NCBI GenBank assembly: GCA_045629645.1
Contig: JAZQRR010000034.1
Location: 10,996-74,995 of the forward strand
Origin: Candidatus Enterousia sp.
GTDB taxonomy: Bacteria > Pseudomonadota > Alphaproteobacteria > Rs-D84
Direction of reading: 5' to 3'
DNA length: 64,000 nucleotides
Made by a program: the position numbers and the translations under genes. Below, piece by piece: positions 18,197 to 28,037 of this stretch; the first letter of the stretch is position 1; the number at the start of each line of letters is the position of its first letter. The notes under the pieces were generated by a model, which worked only from the letters and a program-made list of their open reading frames with translations, was not told the DNA's origin and did not search any database.

Positions 18197-20275
18197 TCAA
18201 AAAACAGTTTTTGCATCAAACATATTATTTATCTGTTCATCCAACGGATAGCCCATCCAATCTGGATCATCTGATATCAACGGAGCGCCACGTTCTTTGG
18301 CGGTTTTACACGGCGCATCATCTGCCAACCAATTTTCTAACAAGTCCCCAGCAACCAAACCTATTCCTGCACCCGCAACGATACTGATACCACCAGTTAA
18401 TGGTGCCAACAACAATCCAATTCCTGTTGCCGAAGCAACCTTACCAGCAACCGCCGCACCACTAATTTTTATATTTGGTTGTGCCAAGCTACCCGTAATT
18501 TCAACAGAATTAACAACATTACCCACCAATGACAACTTCAACCCACGAACAGGCACAGTCGTCAAAGACAAATTCATCTGTTCTGTTCCCAGATTCAAAT
18601 TCCCTGCCAAACGAATATTTATTGCATTTGTTTCTATGGCAAAACCTTTTTCTGTATAAAACACACCATCACGCAATTTAGCATTTAACGTTACGCATGA
18701 TATTTTTATCTGATTGTGTTTTTTATCAGACGAGAACAAATCTTCTATACCATGACGCAACGACGTCAAAAAATCCGTTCCATACATATAGGCAACCAAT
18801 GCAGAATGCGCATACCCTTTGCCAACTGAATACACATACACAGGTCCTGTAACAGAACGCATAACCTCTTCTAAATTTCTGCCATCTGCTTTAACAAACA
18901 GTTCTATATTCATTGGCAAATCAGAAATAAAATCGCGAACATTTATTTCCGACAACAAGTTCCCCACAGAAACATTTTCACCACGGAAACCAACTGTTGA
19001 CCAAATACGCCCTTGATTATCAATATCCGCATCTATTGCAAACCTGATATCGCCATCAGCAAAATCCAAATCAGAATCCACACGTGCATGATTATTTTTC
19101 AATCGCATCACCATATTTAAATTTTGAATATTCAAATCACGAAACATAACAAAATCTTTCAAAGACAGATTCAATTCCACATTTTTGTTCAACAAATACT
19201 GGCCAAACAAAGGTACATTTTTAAACGCATACAATTTATCTTTTTTCTGTTTGCTGTCTGCACTGCGATACAAATCAGGGAATAAATTCATCAACGACAC
19301 ATAATTTGAAGATAAATTCATTTTTATCGTCGGAATATTTTTTGACCAGTCGTATTCACCAGACAACACAAAATCAGTTCCATATAAACTGACTGTTGAT
19401 TTTCGCAACATAATCTTATTATGATCCAACCCCCCAGCTAAATTTATTTTTACACTTGGCACATCAGAAAAATTAAAACCAGTAAAATTATTGAATCTGG
19501 CCACATCAGGAATATCGCCCTTGATTATAAAATCAATCGGCATTTTACTGGTCCCTTCCAACGCGACATTTGCAATCAAAGCCTGTCCCCCTGTTGACAA
19601 AGCAATCTGCACAGGATAAATTTTACGTTCTTTATTATACTCACCCATCGACACAATAAACGGAGAAACATCTTCATCCAACTTTATCCACCCAGAATAT
19701 TCACGTCTGCTTGTATTTGGCATCAATCGGATATTAAAACCAGCCAAATCAAAATGATGATTATCAAAACTAAATTTCAAATTTTTTACTTCTATACCCC
19801 CCAACCCCATATCTGCAAACGGATATTTTTCTGGCACGACCACCCCTGCATCAGCCGGCTTTCCTTTTTGTTTCAAGACCAACGAATTACGTCCCTTTTC
19901 GTCTTTTTCGATATTTACCCGAACATCATACAGTTTAACATTTTGAATTGTTGGTCTGTCACGAAATACCGAAAATAAATTTAATCTAACATCGACTTTT
20001 TCTGCTTCGACTGCGTATTTATTTTTTGCCCAATCTGCATTTACGACACGCACCTGTTCCAATTCAACATAAGGTCTGACAGAAAAACGCCATGACACAG
20101 CACCATCTACCTGAACTGGCAAGCCAGTTGCTTCTTGTAAAATTGCAACAACCCTGCCCCGCAAAGTTTCCAAATTAACTTGTTTTAACGCCACAAACAA
20201 CGCGCCGACAAAAACAATCAGCATCAGAAACACAAAGCGTACTATTGGTAAAAACAAACTTCTTCTTACTATCAT
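18197..20275 (-). CDS. AsmA-family outer-membrane assembly protein
   Basis: 692 aa with an N-terminal TM anchor, a long beta-rich periplasmic region and an AsmA-like C-terminal region. Confidence 0.6.
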   Translation of the reverse strand: MIVRRSLFLPIVRFVFLMLIVFVGALFVALKQVNLETLRGRVVAILQEATGLPVQVDGAVSWRFSVRPYVELEQVRVVNADWAKNKYAVEAEKVDVRLNLFSVFRDRPTIQNVKLYDVRVNIEKDEKGRNSLVLKQKGKPADAGVVVPEKYPFADMGLGGIEVKNLKFSFDNHHFDLAGFNIRLMPNTSRREYSGWIKLDEDVSPFIVSMGEYNKERKIYPVQIALSTGGQALIANVALEGTSKMPIDFIIKGDIPDVARFNNFTGFNFSDVPSVKINLAGGLDHNKIMLRKSTVSLYGTDFVLSGEYDWSKNIPTIKMNLSSNYVSLMNLFPDLYRSADSKQKKDKLYAFKNVPLFGQYLLNKNVELNLSLKDFVMFRDLNIQNLNMVMRLKNNHARVDSDLDFADGDIRFAIDADIDNQGRIWSTVGFRGENVSVGNLLSEINVRDFISDLPMNIELFVKADGRNLEEVMRSVTGPVYVYSVGKGYAHSALVAYMYGTDFLTSLRHGIEDLFSSDKKHNQIKISCVTLNAKLRDGVFYTEKGFAIETNAINIRLAGNLNLGTEQMNLSLTTVPVRGLKLSLVGNVVNSVEITGSLAQPNIKISGAAVAGKVASATGIGLLLAPLTGGISIVAGAGIGLVAGDLLENWLADDAPCKTAKERGAPLISDDPDWMGYPLDEQINNMFDAKTVF

Positions 20276-21243
20276 GGCAATTTAAATTCCAACAACTTCA
20301 TAACAGGCAACATAAAATCTGGCACTGTTGCACGCAACGTCATCATACGCCCCGTGGACGGATGTTGAAAAGTTAACTTATAGGCAAATAAAAACAAATT
20401 ATTTGTTGTCAACACAGACTTTAAGTCCGTCCCCAAATCCACATCATAACCATACAAAGAATCACCAACTATCGGTGCACGCAAAGACTGTGCGCTATGC
20501 AATCTTAACTGATGTGTACGGCCTGTTTTTGGTGCAAAACGAACCCACGACATACAGCCCGCAACATCAGACAACACATTATATTCTGTAATTGCACGTT
20601 GTGGACGTTGTCCTGTACCATTATTCAAACGCGACGCATCTTCAAAGACACGTCCCTTTAACATATAATTATCTATAATTCCCTGCTTTGGACTAACGTC
20701 TCCGTTTAACAAAGCCAAATATTCTTTATGCGCCTTTTTGTTTTGAAACGCATCTGCCAAAAATTGCGCTGCCTTTTGATTTTTCGCAACGACCAACAAA
20801 CCACTGGTTTCCTTATCCAAACGATGCACCAAAGAAATCTTGTCATACGGAAACAAAGCAGCCGCCATTTTATCAACAGATTTTCGAATACCTGTTCCGC
20901 CCTGAACGGCCAAGCCCGCAGGTTTATTAAAAACAACAATATCTGAATCATTATGAACAATACATTTACGCAACGCTTCCAAATCAGCCAAAGAAAACCT
21001 GTCGCCACTTTCTGTTTTCTTTTGTGCGTCCTGCATATAGCCAGACACCGTTGGCGGGATACGAATTAAATCACCTGCACGCAGAATTTCTTGACCTTTG
21101 ACGCGTTTAGAATTTACACGTATTTGCCCACCACGACACAATCTAAAAAACTCACGTTGATGCATTGCAGGAAAATGTCGCAAAAACCAACGCAACAAAC
21201 GCGTTCCTTCTTCTACCTGTGAAATAGTTATTAAATCAGCCAT
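20272..21243 (-). CDS. rluC: 23S rRNA pseudouridine synthase (RluC/RluD family)
   Basis: S4-like N-domain, then the catalytic HRLDKETSGLLVVAK motif. Confidence 0.75.
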   Translation of the reverse strand: MADLITISQVEEGTRLLRWFLRHFPAMHQREFFRLCRGGQIRVNSKRVKGQEILRAGDLIRIPPTVSGYMQDAQKKTESGDRFSLADLEALRKCIVHNDSDIVVFNKPAGLAVQGGTGIRKSVDKMAAALFPYDKISLVHRLDKETSGLLVVAKNQKAAQFLADAFQNKKAHKEYLALLNGDVSPKQGIIDNYMLKGRVFEDASRLNNGTGQRPQRAITEYNVLSDVAGCMSWVRFAPKTGRTHQLRLHSAQSLRAPIVGDSLYGYDVDLGTDLKSVLTTNNLFLFAYKLTFQHPSTGRMMTLRATVPDFMLPVMKLLEFKLP

Positions 21244-21248
21244 AAGTT

Positions 21249-21713
21249 TTATTCACCATATACAATTTGCACAGAATTCATACCATCTGTTTTTGAACAA
21301 TCGCTTGACGCCCCACCTGTTTTACCACCAGAAATTCTATATCCAACAGAATCAGACCAAGCTTTGGCACGCAGCGATTCGCATTCCGATTGCCCCAGTC
21401 CGTCAATCGTCAACACAAACTGACGCGGATTACTTGGGTCAACAGACAACGAATAAGAACCACCATACGGATTTTTATCCGACACACCAATTGCGCTGAA
21501 AATAGTAGCACCGTTCATATTAGAAAAATCATCATATTCCGCATGAATATTTCTGACCATTGTGACGATTTGCATAACTTCATCATTTACCGCTGTCAAC
21601 TTTTGTGTTCTCATTGCGGTTGAAATCATACCAATGGCACCAACTGTTATCACCCCCATAATTGCCAACACGCCCAACATTTCTATCATAGAACGACCGG
21701 ATTCTTGTCTCAT
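21249..21713 (-). CDS. Prepilin-type (type IV pilin/pseudopilin-like) protein, solitary
   Basis: N-terminus GRSMIEMLGVLAIMGVITVGAIGMI: Gly, then Glu at +5, then a ~20-aa hydrophobic helix (class III signal). The C-terminal Cys pair (SEC...SSDC) resembles a pilin D-region. The +1 residue is atypical. Confidence 0.45.
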   Translation of the reverse strand: MRQESGRSMIEMLGVLAIMGVITVGAIGMISTAMRTQKLTAVNDEVMQIVTMVRNIHAEYDDFSNMNGATIFSAIGVSDKNPYGGSYSLSVDPSNPRQFVLTIDGLGQSECESLRAKAWSDSVGYRISGGKTGGASSDCSKTDGMNSVQIVYGE

Positions 21714-21763
21714 AATAAAACCTCTATTTGCTATTTAACAATTAATATTCTATCATAAAACTT

Positions 21764-23191
21764 ATGAATATTCAATTTTCTGATTTAATAGAAAACGCTC
21801 CCAGTGCCCCCGGCGTATATAAGATGTACGACGCAGATGGCAACCTGTTGTACATAGGCAAAGCCAAGAACCTTATAAACAGGTTACGTCAATACAACGA
21901 CATATCAAAATTAGAATTACATAAACAGGTTATGCGCACATTGGTTCGCCGCATTGAATGGGAAACTGTTGCCACAGAATCGGACGCACTAATACGCGAA
22001 CAAGAATTAATCAAAACACAAAAACCAAAATACAACATAATGCTTACAGATGGGAAAATGTACCCAATGTTGGCATTAACAAAATCTGACTTTCCGCGTC
22101 TATTAAAATTCCGTGGAAAAATATCGCAACGTCGCGATGTATACGGCCCATATCCGTCTGTTTCAGCATTAAACGAAACAATAAAAACGATTCAGAAAGT
22201 ATGTCAAATCAGAACATGTTCCGACGTCCAAATGAACAACAGAACACGCCCGTGTTTGCTATACCAAATTGGACGCTGTTGTGCACCATGTTGCAATCCA
22301 GATATACAAAAATACGCAGAAAACGTGCGTATAGCACGAAAAATATTAACCGGAAACAGCGAACCAATAATCGCCGATTTAACAAAACAAATGAAACAAA
22401 TGTCAGATGAAATGAATTTTGAATCAGCCGCCATAATTCGCGACAAAATCACTGCACTGACACACACATCAAATCGCGGCATACGTCAGATTCTGCCGCA
22501 TACAACAAATACAGACTGGAACAAAAACGTATCAAATTTAGAACAATGGCTAGACATAAAGATAAACACAGTTGGCGTTTTTGACAACTCACATTTGTTC
22601 GGAAAAAATCCTGTTGGCGCAATGATAACATTTGGCCATGACGGCTTAATAAAATCCGGATACAGACACTTTAAATTACAAGATAAATCACGCGCAGGCA
22701 ATGACATTGCGATGATGGAAGAATTCATAACACGCGCCATATCACGCGGACCCAAACTGGACCTGATTATCGTTGATGGCGGCCCAGCACAATGGAACAT
22801 CGCCACCAAGACCGCAAAAACAATCCCCATTATGGGCGTAACCAAGGGCGAAGTACGCGATGGCGACGAACACTTTATTTTGCCTGATGGCACAATCTGC
22901 AACAATCTTGGAAAAGACACTCCTTTATTTCTGATGCTGCGCGCAGTACGTGACGAAGCACACCGATTCGCTATTACTTACCACAGGTCCATACGTGCAA
23001 AACAAATGACAGCATCCGTTCTGGACGAAATAGAAGGCATCGGCCCAAACAAAAAACGCGCGTTATTACAACATTTTGGTTCTGTACGTGCAATTATGGA
23101 AGCAGACCAAAATGCTTTGACACGTGTCCCAAAACTTGGAAAAAAAGATGCAAAAAAAATATATGCCCATTTTCATTCAGAAATGCTATAA
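21764..23191 (+). CDS. uvrC: Excinuclease ABC subunit C (compact, 475 aa)
   Basis: GIY-YIG (GVYKMYDADGNLLYIGKAKNL), a Cys cluster, a UVR-like segment, an endonuclease domain and a C-terminal HhH (IEGIGPNKKRALLQHFGS). Confidence 0.85.
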   Translation: MNIQFSDLIENAPSAPGVYKMYDADGNLLYIGKAKNLINRLRQYNDISKLELHKQVMRTLVRRIEWETVATESDALIREQELIKTQKPKYNIMLTDGKMYPMLALTKSDFPRLLKFRGKISQRRDVYGPYPSVSALNETIKTIQKVCQIRTCSDVQMNNRTRPCLLYQIGRCCAPCCNPDIQKYAENVRIARKILTGNSEPIIADLTKQMKQMSDEMNFESAAIIRDKITALTHTSNRGIRQILPHTTNTDWNKNVSNLEQWLDIKINTVGVFDNSHLFGKNPVGAMITFGHDGLIKSGYRHFKLQDKSRAGNDIAMMEEFITRAISRGPKLDLIIVDGGPAQWNIATKTAKTIPIMGVTKGEVRDGDEHFILPDGTICNNLGKDTPLFLMLRAVRDEAHRFAITYHRSIRAKQMTASVLDEIEGIGPNKKRALLQHFGSVRAIMEADQNALTRVPKLGKKDAKKIYAHFHSEML

Positions 23192-23223
23192 TTAACCATA
23201 TAAACAAACCCAAGGAGAAAAAA

Positions 23224-23823
23224 ATGAAATTTTTCGTAAACTTTTTATCTGCATTTCGCATTGTTGCGTCTTTTGCAATAATACCAACATTAATGTTTCA
23301 AATGTATTGGACATCATTTATATTATACACACTGGCGGCACTATCCGATTGGTTCGATGGTTATCTGGCACGCAAATATAATGTATGCACAAAAATCGGT
23401 GGCGTAATGGATCATATCGGCGACAAATTATTGGTTGTTAACACATTGATAATGCTGACTGTTATGATGCCAGTATGGTTTATTATTATTCCTGTCATTA
23501 TTATGATTGCACGTGAATTATACATCAGTGGATTACGCGAATTTCTGGGTACACAAAAAATAGAAATGCCTGTACCAAAAGCACGCTTTTCCATGGGCAA
23601 AATAAAAACCACATTACAAATGATTGCCATAGCTGCATTTTTATTAATGTTTGCCATCAGCACATTAATCAATCCTGGCATAACAAATAAGACATTATTA
23701 TGGTCTATATTGATTCTGCCACAGATTGGAATTTATGGAATTTGGTTGGCATTGATTGCATCTATCTGGTCCGCAACAGAATACACAAAAACATTCTTGG
23801 GACATTTAAAGAAAATAAAATAA
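23224..23823 (+). CDS. pgsA: CDP-diacylglycerol--glycerol-3-phosphate 3-phosphatidyltransferase
   Basis: CDP-alcohol phosphatidyltransferase motif DWFDGYLAR...GGVMDHIGDKLLV. Confidence 0.85.
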   Translation: MKFFVNFLSAFRIVASFAIIPTLMFQMYWTSFILYTLAALSDWFDGYLARKYNVCTKIGGVMDHIGDKLLVVNTLIMLTVMMPVWFIIIPVIIMIARELYISGLREFLGTQKIEMPVPKARFSMGKIKTTLQMIAIAAFLLMFAISTLINPGITNKTLLWSILILPQIGIYGIWLALIASIWSATEYTKTFLGHLKKIK

Positions 23824-23919
23824 ACAAAAAAAGTTAAAAAAACCATAATCAGCATTGATTATGGTTTTTTTTATGATAAATTAAACTTCCAATAAAAGAA
23901 GCACAGGAAAAAAAAACAA

Positions 23920-24171
23920 ATGACAAACAATTTGAAAAAAACATATAAAACAGTGCAAGCAAAATACGAACAAATAAAAAACAAAATTAACAACAGTAAT
24001 GCATTGTCTATTACAACCGCACTTGCAGTTATGACCATTGGCAGTGCAATATTTTTTGCTGTTGCATTTCCCGCACTAAAAAAGAAACAAGAAGCATACA
24101 AAACAGCAATACAACAAACAGATTCAACAAAAAGACACATAACAATCAAAGCACTTGAAAAGCAACATTAA
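23920..24171 (+). CDS. Small hypothetical single-TM protein
   Basis: 83 aa with one TM (ALSITTALAVMTIGSAIFFAVAF). An AGGA RBS-like motif lies upstream, and a terminator hairpin follows at ~24192..24218. Confidence 0.35.
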   Translation: MTNNLKKTYKTVQAKYEQIKNKINNSNALSITTALAVMTIGSAIFFAVAFPALKKKQEAYKTAIQQTDSTKRHITIKALEKQH

Positions 24172-24226
24172 AAAAAACGCTGTGTACACATAAAAACCGC
24201 CGTATAGGCGTTTTTTTTACACGCTA

Positions 24227-25348
24227 TCAAAACCATCCCTTTTTATCTGTCTTGGTACCAGCAAATTCATTTAACAACTTTTTTTGTTTATCTGTTAATT
24301 TGGTTGGAATTTGCACAGCAACTTCTATATACAAATCACCGTACACACCACTACGTCTTGCAGACGGCATACCATGTCCACGAACACGCAGTTTTTCACC
24401 AACCTGTGTGCCCGCAGGAACCTTGACGGCTAATTTCTTATCATCAATTGTTTCTATTTCAATCTCGCCCCCCAGTACCAATGTCGTAAAAGGAATATCG
24501 ACACGCATAATTAAATCATTGCCGTTACGATCAAAACGTTTATCTGGGCGAATTCTTATATCCAAATAAAAATCTCCGGCCGGCCCACCGTTTGCCCCTG
24601 CTTCACCCTGACCAGCCAAACGTAATCTTGTACCATCTTCTACCCCAGCAGGTATTTTTACCTCTAAAGTACGTTGTTTATGTTCTGTTCCTGTTCCATC
24701 ACAATCAGAACATTTCTTGCCGATAATTCGTCCCAAACCATTACATTCTGGGCACGGCGCTTCTGTAACAAAAAATCCCTGTCTGGTTTGGACAAAACCA
24801 CTGCCCCCACAACGCGAACATACCGGCGCAGGTTTTCCATCAGCCGTACCAAAACCATGACACTTTTCACATGTTACATTGCTGGAAAATTTCACAGTAT
24901 GTGTTTTACCAAAAAAAGCATCTTTTAAATCAATAACAACTTCGTCCAGCAAATCACGACCACCGCGCTGTGGCGCACCATGTTGAGCCCCCGCACCAAA
25001 ATCAGCACCAAATCCAAAGCCGCGCATTGCTTCACGCAAAATATCTTCCATACCGGCACCGCCCCCCATATTGAAATGGAAACCGCCATTACCAAAAGGA
25101 TTACCGGCACCAGACGCATTTCCACCGGCAAATGCCGCATCACCGAATCTGTCATACGCCGCACGTTTTTGTGGGTCTTTTAAAATATCAAACGCATTAT
25201 TTACTTCTTTAAATTTTTCTTCTGCGTCTTTATTATCCGGATTTCTATCAGGATGATATTTCATAACCAATTTATGATAGGCTTTTTTAATATCACTGTC
25301 AGACGCATCACGTGCGACCCCTAAAACTTCATAAGGATTTTTATTCAT
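24227..25348 (-). CDS. dnaJ: Chaperone DnaJ
   Basis: J-domain (YEVLGV...YHPDRN), G/F-rich linker, four CxxCxGxG zinc-finger repeats. The likely start is the internal Met of the ORF (MNKNPYEV). Confidence 0.9.
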   Translation of the reverse strand: MNKNPYEVLGVARDASDSDIKKAYHKLVMKYHPDRNPDNKDAEEKFKEVNNAFDILKDPQKRAAYDRFGDAAFAGGNASGAGNPFGNGGFHFNMGGGAGMEDILREAMRGFGFGADFGAGAQHGAPQRGGRDLLDEVVIDLKDAFFGKTHTVKFSSNVTCEKCHGFGTADGKPAPVCSRCGGSGFVQTRQGFFVTEAPCPECNGLGRIIGKKCSDCDGTGTEHKQRTLEVKIPAGVEDGTRLRLAGQGEAGANGGPAGDFYLDIRIRPDKRFDRNGNDLIMRVDIPFTTLVLGGEIEIETIDDKKLAVKVPAGTQVGEKLRVRGHGMPSARRSGVYGDLYIEVAVQIPTKLTDKQKKLLNEFAGTKTDKKGWF

Positions 25349-25483
25349 ATTTATAACCTGCTGTAAATTAATGTTGTTATCACATATATAAGACACTTGA
25401 TAAAAAAATCAAGTCCCGAATCATAAATATGCTTAAATTCTTTGGGCTTGCGAAAAAATTAAAAATGTTCTAATAATACAATC

Positions 25484-27463
25484 ATGACAGAAAAAAATAT
25501 AAAGACATACGACGCATCCGACATCCAAGTTCTAGAAGGTTTAGAACCTGTTCGTTTACGTCCTGGGATGTACATTGGTGGTACCGACGAAAAGGCTTGG
25601 CACCACTTGCCAATTGAAATTATGGACAATTCTATTGACGAAGCCGTTGCTGGTTTTGCAAAAAAAATCACTGTCCATTTGATTGATTCTAAAACCATTG
25701 AAATTACAGACGACGGTCGTGGAATTCCCGTGGACGAACATCCAAAGTATCCCGGCAAATCCGCACTGGAAGTTATTTTAACAACACTGCACTCGGGCGG
25801 TAAGTTTAACAATAATGTTTATAAAACCAGTGGCGGTCTGCATGGTGTTGGTTCTGCGGTTGTGAACGCCCTGTCATCTGAAATGATTGTTAATATTTCT
25901 CGCGATGGGTATCAATGGCGGCAAACATTTTCTCGTGGTATTCCAACCAGTGAAATGCAACGTGGGGATGCAACAAAATCTCATGGCACCAAGATACGCT
26001 TTACCATTGACGATGAAATCTTTGGCGCGAACGCAACATTCAAGCCAATAAAAATTTATCGTATGGCACGCGCCAAGGCATTTTTGTCCAAAGGAATAAA
26101 AATAGACTGGCAATGCAATCCAGATTTATTGACAGAAGATATGAATATCCCTGCAACCACAACATTCCATTATCCAAACGGTGTTGCAGATTTCTTGGCA
26201 GAAAAGACCAATGAAAAACCACGTATTTTATCACGCATATTCAGTGGCAGTGTTGATTTTCCTGACGATTCTGGTCGCGTTGAATGGGCGTTAACATTTT
26301 TAACCGACGAAAACGGCGCAGCATCTGACGACGGCTTCTTTTCATCTTATTGCAACACGATTGCAACGATTGACGGTGGCACACACGAAACCGGTTTTAA
26401 ATCCGCTATAACCAAGGGTTTAAAAACATACGGTGAAAAAATTAACAACAAATCTGCTGCGACAATTATCGGCGATGACGTTTTTGATTCTGTTGCTGCG
26501 ATTGTATCTGTATTTTATAAAACACCACAATTCTTAGGTCAAACCAAAGAAAAATTATCTAATCCAGAGGTTGCACGTTTTACAGAAAACGCATTGCGCG
26601 ATCCATGGGAAATGTTCTTGGCGTCCGACCCAAAGACCGCAAACACATTGCTTGATTTTGTTATCAATTTGGCAAACGCACGTATAAAAACAAAACAAGT
26701 CAAAGATGTTGCACGCAAAACGCCAACTAAACGCATACGTATGCCCGCAAAATTAGCCGACTGTTCCAAGCATGGAATTGCTGGCACAGAATTATTTATT
26801 GTAGAGGGAGAATCTGCGGGCGGCACCGCCAAGCAGGCACGCGACCGTGCGACCCAGGCGATTATGCCCCTGCGCGGCAAGGTATTAAATGTAATATCAA
26901 ATTCCGACGAACGCTTTGGCGCGAACAAGGAATTGAACGATTTAATTGATATAATTGGTGCTGGAACGGCCAAGGACTGGAACGAAGATAAATTACGTTA
27001 TGAAAAAATCATCGTTATGACCGATGCCGACGTTGACGGCAGCCATATTGCATCATTATTAATGGCGTTTTTCTATCAATATATGCCCCAGTTAATTTAT
27101 GGCGGACACTTATATTTATCTTGTCCCCCATTGTATAAATTAACATGTGGCACAGAATCTATATACGTTGACACTGATGAAGAACTGGAAAATCTAAAAT
27201 CAACAAAATATAAAAACAAGAAAGTTGAAATTTCTCGATTCAAAGGTTTGGGCGAAATGATGCCAAATCAGTTAAAAGAAACAACCATGTCGCCAAAGAC
27301 ACGCCGACTGATACGTGTTGAATTACCACCACGCACCGAAGAAGGCGCCGAAGATACAGAAAAAACACGCACAATTGTGTCCGAATTAATGGGCAAAAAA
27401 CCAGAATTTCGCTTTAAATTTATAACCGAGCATGCTCAATTCGTCAAAGATTTATTCGTATAA
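25484..27463 (+). CDS. parE: Type IIA topoisomerase ATPase subunit, ParE-sized (659 aa; topoisomerase IV subunit B, or a short GyrB)
   Basis: GHKL ATPase (IEIMDNSIDEA, DDGRGIP), a TOPRIM domain (ELFIVEGESAGG; IVMTDADVDGSHI) and PLYKL. The ~800-aa GyrB insertion is absent. Confidence 0.65.
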   Translation: MTEKNIKTYDASDIQVLEGLEPVRLRPGMYIGGTDEKAWHHLPIEIMDNSIDEAVAGFAKKITVHLIDSKTIEITDDGRGIPVDEHPKYPGKSALEVILTTLHSGGKFNNNVYKTSGGLHGVGSAVVNALSSEMIVNISRDGYQWRQTFSRGIPTSEMQRGDATKSHGTKIRFTIDDEIFGANATFKPIKIYRMARAKAFLSKGIKIDWQCNPDLLTEDMNIPATTTFHYPNGVADFLAEKTNEKPRILSRIFSGSVDFPDDSGRVEWALTFLTDENGAASDDGFFSSYCNTIATIDGGTHETGFKSAITKGLKTYGEKINNKSAATIIGDDVFDSVAAIVSVFYKTPQFLGQTKEKLSNPEVARFTENALRDPWEMFLASDPKTANTLLDFVINLANARIKTKQVKDVARKTPTKRIRMPAKLADCSKHGIAGTELFIVEGESAGGTAKQARDRATQAIMPLRGKVLNVISNSDERFGANKELNDLIDIIGAGTAKDWNEDKLRYEKIIVMTDADVDGSHIASLLMAFFYQYMPQLIYGGHLYLSCPPLYKLTCGTESIYVDTDEELENLKSTKYKNKKVEISRFKGLGEMMPNQLKETTMSPKTRRLIRVELPPRTEEGAEDTEKTRTIVSELMGKKPEFRFKFITEHAQFVKDLFV

Positions 27464-27551
27464 AGCTGGGGGGACCCCAGTTTTTTTTGCTTATAATTAT
27501 TGACGATTTTTCTTATTGTATCATAATAATAAAAAACAAAGGTACATTAAC

Positions 27552-28013
27552 ATGTCAAATAAAGAAACAACAAATACAAAAACACAAGACAATTCTGTAT
27601 TAAAAACAACCTACAACATAAAATTCGGTTCATTCATGCCGAACGCATTTTTTGGTATGTGCTATGAAACACCAATGGCAGTTATAAAAATCAATGGTGT
27701 CGAACAAAAAACAAAGACTGGTTGGCTGGGTGCAGTCAATTTTCCAAATCCATGCGCATACGAAATGTCAGTACATCAAGAACAATTACAAACAGTCATG
27801 GGACCTGATATCGCGACAACAATCATCGAATACAAAGATTGTAAAACCAAGGATCCTGTTGCATTACTATTCCCAAATGCGTTACACGTATTTGACGAAT
27901 ACGAAAAAGATTACAGAAAACATTTAAACAACGCAACATTGAAAGACCTGGATTACGAAATGGCGATCCGTGTTGCATTGGTTGAAAAATATAAAAAGGA
28001 TAATCAACATTAA
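27552..28013 (+). CDS. Hypothetical protein
   Basis: 153-165 aa ORF with an RBS-like AAAGG upstream of the ATG at 27552. A terminator follows at 28012..28042. Confidence 0.4.
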   Translation: MSNKETTNTKTQDNSVLKTTYNIKFGSFMPNAFFGMCYETPMAVIKINGVEQKTKTGWLGAVNFPNPCAYEMSVHQEQLQTVMGPDIATTIIEYKDCKTKDPVALLFPNALHVFDEYEKDYRKHLNNATLKDLDYEMAIRVALVEKYKKDNQH

Positions 28014-28037
28014 AAAAACCGCCAATTGGCGGTTTTT

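Noticed and set aside
23871-24149. Minus-strand 92-aa hydrophobic ORF overlapping the plus-strand 83-aa ORF.
   Set aside because: Its composition (FFF/CCC runs) is typical of the antisense of a Lys/Asn-rich gene. The plus-strand ORF has an RBS-like motif and is followed by a terminator.
25484-27463. Considered calling the 659-aa type IIA topoisomerase subunit gyrB.
   Set aside because: Its length and the absence of the ~160-aa GyrB-specific insertion fit ParE-sized proteins better. The call is kept as ambiguous (parE or short GyrB) because some lineages have compact GyrB.
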